The position numbers were made by a program, and so were the translations under genes. From assembly GCA_029941905.1 (NCBI GenBank), contig JAPYTQ010000029.1, positions 1,659 to 65,658 of the forward strand: 64,000 nucleotides of DNA. Reading direction: 5' to 3'. Shown one piece after another: positions 57,700-64,000 of the stretch. This DNA comes from Pseudomonadales bacterium (GTDB taxonomy: Bacteria; Pseudomonadota; Gammaproteobacteria; Pseudomonadales; Azotimanducaceae). Below the pieces are notes generated by a model. That model ran no database searches and was not told where the DNA came from. It saw nothing but the letters and a program-made list of their open reading frames with translations. Position 1 is the stretch's first letter, and each line of letters starts with the position of its first letter.

Positions 57700-60618
57700 A
57701 TGTTTATAAAGAAAAAACCGCTGTCGCTGGCTGTCTCGAGCGCGTTGGCTGTTGCAACGTGTGCGGGGGTGCTTACCAGCAATGCTTACGCAGAAGACGA
57801 TGATGCGATAATGGAGGAGGTCATTGTTACCGGCTCAAGGATCAGAAGCAGCAATGTGGTCAGTTCCAGTCCGGTGACTCAGGTCAGCGCCGATGAAATG
57901 ATATTTCAAGGCACAGCTCGTGTTGAGGATATGATGCGCAACCTGCCACAGGTCTATTCCAACCAGAACACCGGCCAATCAAATGGCGCTACAGGTACAG
58001 CGACGATTAACCTGAGGAATCTGGGAGATGCACGTACTCTGGTGTTACTTAACGGCCGCCGTATGCCTGCAGGGTCACCTATAGGGGTTGGTGTTGACAT
58101 TAACCAGATCCCCGGCGCTTTGATTCAGACAATTGAAATATTGACCGGAGGCGCGTCCGCAACCTATGGTTCCGACGCCGTTGCCGGTGTTGTCAACTTT
58201 ATCATGATGGATGATTTTGAAGGCGTGAAGCTGGATTACCAGTTTAGCCAGTACAACCATGACAATGATAACAGCAGCATGCAGGGTATCGTGACCGATG
58301 CAGGTTTTCCAACTGCCAAGGGCACTAATACAGATGGAGACATCAGCGATGTCTCATTCATCATCGGCGGCAACTTTGACAATGGCCGTGGTAATGCGAC
58401 AGCCTACGGTACCTATCGTAAAATCAATGCTGTACGCCAGAGCGAACGCGACTACAGTGCCTGTGCACTTAACAATGACGCAACCGGGTGCTTCGGTTCC
58501 GGTACTATTCCGGAAGGACGTGTAACTGATTTCGGAATTCCCGGTGATGTTAAACGTAGTATTGTTCCCACCGCGAGCGACGGCTCCTTCGACTTCAAAG
58601 TTGCAGGTACCGAATTCGTGGATCGCGCTGGGACAGTGTATAACTATGGCCCGCTGAATTATTATCAACGTCCTGATGAGCGATACACTGGAGGCGCGTT
58701 CGCACACTACGAGATCACTGATCAGGTAGAAGTGTACTCCGAGTTGATGTTCGTGGATGACCACACAGTGTCACAGATTGCGCCATCGGGTGCTTTTTTC
58801 ATTACCAATGAGATTCCCTGTGGCAACCCGCTATTATCTGCTCAGCAGTTTCAGGAACTTTGCGGCCAGTTCGGTTTAACCACTGCAGACACTCAATTTG
58901 CGTACCTGGGCCGTCGTAATGTGGAGGGTGGACCGCGTCAATATGACCTGCGTCACACAACCTACCGCGGTGTGATTGGTCTGCGTGGGGATTTTAACGA
59001 CACATGGAGCTACGATGTTTCCGGTCAGTACTCTGAAGTCAGCATGGAAAGTACCTACCTGAATGACCTGTCCATTCCGAAAATTAAGAATGCACTGAAT
59101 GCGGTTGATGACGGCAGTGGTAATACCGTATGTCAATCCGTCGTCGATGGCTCTGACCCGAACTGTGTACCTTGGAATATTTTCGAAACCGGCGCTGTGA
59201 CCCAGGATATGATTGATTATCTGGTCTTACCCTTGTTTGCACGTGGTACGACTGATCAGAAGGTGATTATAGGTTATGTGACCGGTGCTCTGGGTGACTA
59301 CGGCGTGGCACTACCATGGGCTTCACGAGGTATTGACGTTGTGATCGGTGGAGAATACCGGAAGGAAAATCTCAACTTCAACCCGGATAGCGGCTTCCGT
59401 AACGGCTTGGGTGCTGGTCAGGGCGGTGCAACCGGACCCGTTAGCGGCGGATACGATGTTAGTGAGATCTTCTTTGAAGCCAGCATTCCAGTGATTGAAG
59501 GGGCGCCGGGAGCCGAGGAACTTGTCTTTGATCTGGGTTACCGTTATTCCGACTACTCCACAGATCAGACAACGGATACCTACGGCATCCGTGGTGGCTG
59601 GGCGATTAACAACAGCATTAAAATACGCGCCAGCTTCCAGCGAGCGGTCCGTGCTGCAAACATCCAGGAATTGTTCCTGCCTCAGGGCTTTAACTTATTC
59701 GATATGGATGTGGATCCTTGTGGTGACGCAGTCCCTGCTCGTAGCCTGGCAGATTGTGCGAATTCAGGTGTAACGGCTGCTCAGTATGGCAGCATACCGA
59801 ATTCACCAGCAGGCCAGTATAACTTCTTGCAGGGCGGCAACCCTGACCTTGCGCCGGAAGAAGCTGATACTTACTCCGTTGGTGTTGTTTGGTCTCCAGG
59901 GTTTATAGAAGGCCTGACGCTCTCAGTCGACTACTATGACATCGAGATCGAGCTGGGTATTAGTAACCAGACACCAGAATTCATTCTGAACGAATGTCTT
60001 GATGGCAACACGTCTCAATGTGCTGATGTCAATCGCGGTAATGCAGGAGACCTGTGGATTGGTTCAAATGTCAACGCCAGTGGCCATATCCGCGCATTGC
60101 AGGACAACCTTGCAATCGAGAGAGTCACGGGCTTTGACGTTATTGCGACCTACTCCATAGAGATTGGTGACATGGGTAGCCTGGACTTCCACAATATCAT
60201 GGGAGTTATTGATACCTGGGATCAGCAGGAACTTGAGGGTGCTCCCACGGTTGATTGTAAGGGTAACTGGGGTTCCACTTGTGGTTACCCCACACCTGAT
60301 TTCCAGAACAATCTGCGGGTTACCTGGATTACCCCATGGAATGTGACTGCCAGCGGATTGTGGCGTTACATCAGTGAGGTTGAGGATCTCAATGGAAATC
60401 TGGATCTCGATGATATCAACTATTTCGATATAGCGGGTACCTGGGATGTTACCGAACAGGTCGCGCTTACAGCAGGTATTACCAACGTTTTTGATGAAGA
60501 GCCTCCGATTGCTGGTAACGCCGCCGGACCTTCCATCAACGGTAACGGAAACATCTTCCCAGGTATGTACGATGCTTTGGGACGTTACTGGTTTGCACGT
60601 GTTAGTGTAGGCATGTAA
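57700..60618 (+). CDS. TonB-dependent receptor
   Basis: Signal peptide ...SNAYAEDD, EEVIVTGSR, plug motifs (IEILTGGASATYGSDAVAGVVNF), and a C-terminal YWFARVSVGM. Confidence 0.9.
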   Translation: MFIKKKPLSLAVSSALAVATCAGVLTSNAYAEDDDAIMEEVIVTGSRIRSSNVVSSSPVTQVSADEMIFQGTARVEDMMRNLPQVYSNQNTGQSNGATGTATINLRNLGDARTLVLLNGRRMPAGSPIGVGVDINQIPGALIQTIEILTGGASATYGSDAVAGVVNFIMMDDFEGVKLDYQFSQYNHDNDNSSMQGIVTDAGFPTAKGTNTDGDISDVSFIIGGNFDNGRGNATAYGTYRKINAVRQSERDYSACALNNDATGCFGSGTIPEGRVTDFGIPGDVKRSIVPTASDGSFDFKVAGTEFVDRAGTVYNYGPLNYYQRPDERYTGGAFAHYEITDQVEVYSELMFVDDHTVSQIAPSGAFFITNEIPCGNPLLSAQQFQELCGQFGLTTADTQFAYLGRRNVEGGPRQYDLRHTTYRGVIGLRGDFNDTWSYDVSGQYSEVSMESTYLNDLSIPKIKNALNAVDDGSGNTVCQSVVDGSDPNCVPWNIFETGAVTQDMIDYLVLPLFARGTTDQKVIIGYVTGALGDYGVALPWASRGIDVVIGGEYRKENLNFNPDSGFRNGLGAGQGGATGPVSGGYDVSEIFFEASIPVIEGAPGAEELVFDLGYRYSDYSTDQTTDTYGIRGGWAINNSIKIRASFQRAVRAANIQELFLPQGFNLFDMDVDPCGDAVPARSLADCANSGVTAAQYGSIPNSPAGQYNFLQGGNPDLAPEEADTYSVGVVWSPGFIEGLTLSVDYYDIEIELGISNQTPEFILNECLDGNTSQCADVNRGNAGDLWIGSNVNASGHIRALQDNLAIERVTGFDVIATYSIEIGDMGSLDFHNIMGVIDTWDQQELEGAPTVDCKGNWGSTCGYPTPDFQNNLRVTWITPWNVTASGLWRYISEVEDLNGNLDLDDINYFDIAGTWDVTEQVALTAGITNVFDEEPPIAGNAAGPSINGNGNIFPGMYDALGRYWFARVSVGM

Positions 60619-60649
60619 ATATCCGCAGTATCAACTGAAACATTTTGTT

Positions 60650-60680
60650 AAGGCCAACCTAAGTGTTGGCCTTTCTTTTT
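60650..60680 (+). terminator. rho-independent terminator
   Basis: AAGGCCAAC-CTAAGT-GTTGGCCTT hairpin followed by TCTTTTT. Confidence 0.7.
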
Positions 60681-60713
60681 GGTCTGAAGTTGAATTCGCT
60701 AAGAGGTTCAAGC

Positions 60714-60989
60714 ATGAAATTCATGCATTTGATGGGTATTCTTGCCATCACGATTTTACTACAGGCTTGCACCAGCTCAAGCGACTCGGGCAACGCACGG
60801 TCGCAACTCGCCGATGCTAACTATGATCCCGATAGAATACGGTGCAAGACACAAGCCGTGACCGGTTCACGACTCGGGGTCAGGATTTGCATGACAAATC
60901 GCGATTGGAATGTGCAGCACGAGGATGCTCGTGAAGCGATGGAACATATTAAACGCGGGACCATATTCAGCCCAGAGTCAAACAGGTAA
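60714..60989 (+). CDS. small lipoprotein, unknown function
   Basis: AAGAGG RBS, lipobox LLQAC, and two further Cys in an R.C....VTGSR.....C.T..DW pattern. Confidence 0.55.
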   Translation: MKFMHLMGILAITILLQACTSSSDSGNARSQLADANYDPDRIRCKTQAVTGSRLGVRICMTNRDWNVQHEDAREAMEHIKRGTIFSPESNR

Positions 60990-61072
60990 GTAATCCACGA
61001 GGTTGAACCAAGATTTCAGCTCGGTCGGATTGCTGTCATGGCAGTTCGCTATGGACGCTATCGAGATTACAG

Positions 61073-62530
61073 TTAACCGACGGACTTGAGTAAGTTCCCA
61101 ACGACCCTTTCGAGATGTACCAGCGAGTTACACACTTCGGTTTGGTGGCAGCAGGGTGCGTATTTTTTCATTTCAGCATCGCCAACGGTCCAGCTGGATT
61201 TCGGCTCCGGATTCAGCCAGATCACCCGCTTGGATTTGTCGTACATTTCCCGAAGAATTTCCGCATGGGGCTCACCGTAGTTGTTTCTTGCATCCCCCAG
61301 AATAATGATTGTGGTCTTGTTGTTGACGTCATCCATACAGTGACTTTTGAAGTCCTGGAACATGCGACCATAATCCGTTGAGCCATTGCCATAATCGCGC
61401 ATGGTCCGGGCCATGGCTTCCTCAAGATTACTGTGTTCGAATAATTTGGTGACTTCACCAAGATCGGAAGAAAAAGCGAAGGAGCGAACCTTCGGCAGGA
61501 TTTCAGCGAGGCTGAACAGGAACATCAGCAGAAAACGTGAGTAATTACTCACTGACCCGCTGACGTCGCAAATACACATGACCTTGGGTCGGTCGACTTT
61601 TTTTGACTTCCATTTTATGTCGAAGAACATGCCGTCATACTGCATGTTGTGTCGCAGCGTTTTGCGCACATCCAACTGTCCGCGTTTATAGGTTTTGCGT
61701 CTCTTGGAGTGGATGGCAATCAGTTTCTTGGCCATCTTGAAGACGACTTCCTGTACATCTTTGAAGTTGCGCTTTTCCAGGTTCGAGAGTTTGACCTTCT
61801 TCAGCAGCTCTTCGCGAAGCTGTTTACCGGACTCGTCCGCATGGAGGAAAAATTGCTTCTCGACATAGTCGCGGACACGTTCACGGAGCAGATCCCGTAC
61901 TTTTTTTAGATTATGCGCCAGGCGTTTTTGCGGAATGCCACCATGACCCTGTAACTCGGCGACTTCTTCCTGTAGTCCCTTGAGTCCCATGGCGTCCATA
62001 ATCTTGCGGGTAAACAGACCCTTCTGGGTGAAGACGACGATCTGGTTAACCTCAACCTCTCGACCCGCTTCCATCATCGCGATCATCTGCTCTGTCTTGG
62101 TCCCCTCGGTAAGCAGCTTGCCCAGCTCGGATGTTGCCTGCATGGTTGATTCCGAGCTCAGATCCTCGTGTTCGCCGCCACCCTGGCCGCCACCACCCTG
62201 GCCACCGCCTTTGCCGGACTGTTGGTTGTTGGCATCAGGGTTGAATTCTCCCTCATCATCGAACGCATCCGAGTCAGCATCCGGGGAATCCTGTTCGTTT
62301 TGCGTTGGCTTGAATTCCTCGATGCTAAAAAAACTGTCGAAACAGGAGTCGAATGTCTCCTTCTCCTCCGGGGTTTTTGCCAGCACCATGGACAGGGAGT
62401 TCTTCAGGAACACCTTGTCTTCGTAGCCAACAAGATCCATGCATTGCATGGCGTCCAGTGTTTCAGCCGGAGAGACTTTTAATTCGGCGGTACGCAGAAC
62501 CTTGACGAATTCGACCAGGGTGCGATCCAT
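61073..62530 (-). CDS. vWA domain protein, CoxE-like
   Basis: N-terminus FVKVLRTAELKVSPAETLDA, a Gly/Gln-rich acidic linker, and a C-terminal vWA (CDVSGSV MIDAS). Follows the MoxR gene. Confidence 0.75.
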   Translation of the reverse strand: MDRTLVEFVKVLRTAELKVSPAETLDAMQCMDLVGYEDKVFLKNSLSMVLAKTPEEKETFDSCFDSFFSIEEFKPTQNEQDSPDADSDAFDDEGEFNPDANNQQSGKGGGQGGGGQGGGEHEDLSSESTMQATSELGKLLTEGTKTEQMIAMMEAGREVEVNQIVVFTQKGLFTRKIMDAMGLKGLQEEVAELQGHGGIPQKRLAHNLKKVRDLLRERVRDYVEKQFFLHADESGKQLREELLKKVKLSNLEKRNFKDVQEVVFKMAKKLIAIHSKRRKTYKRGQLDVRKTLRHNMQYDGMFFDIKWKSKKVDRPKVMCICDVSGSVSNYSRFLLMFLFSLAEILPKVRSFAFSSDLGEVTKLFEHSNLEEAMARTMRDYGNGSTDYGRMFQDFKSHCMDDVNNKTTIIILGDARNNYGEPHAEILREMYDKSKRVIWLNPEPKSSWTVGDAEMKKYAPCCHQTEVCNSLVHLERVVGNLLKSVG

Positions 62531-62545
62531 ATTTAGCGTCCTGTC

Positions 62546-63496
62546 CTAATTCTCTTTTAGTGCCTTGTTGGTCACACTCTGGATCTCTGCTTCGACGGTT
62601 TCAATATCTTCCTGGAACTTGAGAATCACATTGAGCGTCTGGCGCACCAGGTCGGTGTCGAGCGAATCTGAATGGAGCAAAATCAAAGTCCGTGCCCAGT
62701 CGATGGTCTCGCTAATCGCAGGCACCTTCTTCAGGTCCATGTCGCGTAGTTCCTGAACAAAAGTCACCATCTGGTTGCGTAGTTTTTCGGCAATTTCAGG
62801 GACCCGTGCCTGGACGATTTTCTGTTCAAGCGTCGCATCGGGGAAAGGGATATAGAGATGCAGGCATCGGCGCTTCAATGCGTCTGAAATTTCCCGCGTA
62901 TTATTACTGGTCAGGAAGACCAGTGGTTTTTTATCTTTGTTCGCTTTTATGGTGCCAATTTCCGGAATAGATAGTTGAAAGTCAGACAGCATTTCGAGTA
63001 ACAGGGATTCGAATTCATGGTCCGATTTATCGACTTCATCGATCAGCAGGACGCAGCCTTCTTGGTGACGAAGCGCTTTCAGCAATGGTCTGGGTTCAAG
63101 GAATTCGTCGGAGAAGAAAATGTCCCCAAATTCGTGCAGTTTGGCAACTGACTCGGTTAACCCCGTGGCACCGTCCAGAATTTCACCCAGGGTTTCCTTC
63201 AGCACCTGGGTATAGAGCAACTGCTTGCCGTACTTCCATTCGTAAATCGCCTTGGATTCATCCAGACCTTCGTAACACTGCAGGCGAATACACTCGACTT
63301 CCAACATGTCGGCCGCAGTTTTTGCCAGCTCTGTCTTTCCTACGCCAGGAGGACCTTCTATAAGAATAGGTTTCTCCAGATGATAGGCGAGGAAAACCGC
63401 AGTCGCTATTTGCAAATTACAGATGTAGTGGAGTTTCTCAAAATTCTCTTGAATGGCCTCGACACTAGCCAGCTTGTCTTCGTTCTTAAGGGACAC
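62546..63496 (-). CDS. MoxR-family AAA+ ATPase (CoxD-like)
   Basis: Walker A GPPGVGKTELAK, Walker B LLIDEVDK, about 316 aa. GTG start. Confidence 0.85.
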   Translation of the reverse strand: MSLKNEDKLASVEAIQENFEKLHYICNLQIATAVFLAYHLEKPILIEGPPGVGKTELAKTAADMLEVECIRLQCYEGLDESKAIYEWKYGKQLLYTQVLKETLGEILDGATGLTESVAKLHEFGDIFFSDEFLEPRPLLKALRHQEGCVLLIDEVDKSDHEFESLLLEMLSDFQLSIPEIGTIKANKDKKPLVFLTSNNTREISDALKRRCLHLYIPFPDATLEQKIVQARVPEIAEKLRNQMVTFVQELRDMDLKKVPAISETIDWARTLILLHSDSLDTDLVRQTLNVILKFQEDIETVEAEIQSVTNKALKEN

Positions 63497-63956
63497 GCGA
63501 TTTCCTTTACTTTGGAGTTCTATAATACTGCAGTGGATATGAGCGGGGCATTATGTAAATCCCTCCAACAATTGTACAGCTAAGGTGTATATATCATAGA
63601 GAAGTATTAGTTTGAATAAGGAAGATTGATCTGTCGATGTCAGTGGTTCAAGTCGTGATTTGTCAGAATCAACCAGACAGATTGTCCGGATCGTTGAAAA
63701 TTGCAAATGGTTCGATCGAGATTGTTCTTAAAACTGACTGATTTCAATGGTTTAGGAGACATAAGGCACAGATCACATTGGTGCAAGTATGTATTCCGCC
63801 AGGGTGAAAGTGTGATAAAGTACGCGCCATAATAAGTACAGGCATGCATCCTGGGGGAAAGCTATCAATCAGAGCAGACTCCGCCGTCGTCGGAAGACCT
63901 CCGACAAGGCATCAGGTGGGGTGGCAAGCCATCGTTACACCATAACGAGTAAGCAT

Positions 63957-64000
63957 GGCAAAAGAATTTACGACAGCATTACTGATGGATGAACTGGCGA
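63957..64000 (+). CDS. 5' end of an unidentified CDS (continues beyond window)
   Basis: ATG then MAKEFTTALLMDELA, open to the window edge. Too short to classify. Confidence 0.3.

Noticed and set aside
63640-63849. A 69-aa minus-strand ORF ending in TGA, in the AT-rich region upstream of the MoxR gene.
   Set aside because: It is Cys/Tyr/Leu-rich and compositionally odd, with no RBS. Read-through of the TGA adds only 10 codons. It is not credible as a gene or selenoprotein.
1-64000. Mobile elements, prophage, defence islands and toxin-antitoxin pairs.
   Set aside because: I recognised no integrase, transposase, recombinase, reverse transcriptase, phage structural gene or terminal inverted repeats. 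Gene content and tight conserved synteny point to core chromosome.

Overview
About 60 protein-coding genes that look like core chromosome of a marine gammaproteobacterium. This assignment is inferred from roughly 50% GC by eye, three TonB-dependent receptors, an Opp-type peptide ABC system, and the conserved block miaB-phoH-ybeY-corC-lnt-leuS-lptE-holA. I recognised no rRNA, tRNA, CRISPR array, integrase or transposase. Other content, in order: fatty-acid and CoA metabolism genes; a copper P-type ATPase; a storage-lipid locus (WS/DGAT, two phasins, PhaR, a lipase-like hydrolase); an ABC-2/GldG/DUF4340 cluster; folK; a CobS/CobT-like AAA+/vWA pair; a cluster of transglutaminase-like/TPR, methyltransferase and TPR-sulfotransferase genes flanked by TonB receptors; and a MoxR/CoxE-like AAA+/vWA pair. 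The strongest hidden signal is translational recoding. Two thioredoxin-fold genes flanking copA (ArsC-family at 6857-7198, DsbA/FrnE-family at 10418-11056) each carry an in-frame TGA exactly where the first Cys of the CxxC redox motif belongs (G-U-T-T-C and V-U-P-W-C). Each has a good RBS and ATG upstream and a hand-foldable hairpin downstream, so both are candidate selenoproteins that the ORF track truncates. Secondary observations: four tandem GATC-containing 14-bp repeats upstream of a secreted metallopeptidase; phasin and PhaR genes beside a wax-ester synthase with no PHA synthase in the window; an OppC permease with an FN3-like periplasmic insert; an orphan biotinyl-carrier protein; and the uncharacterised sulfotransferase cluster. 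All calls come from reading translated motifs by eye. No database search or folding program was run.
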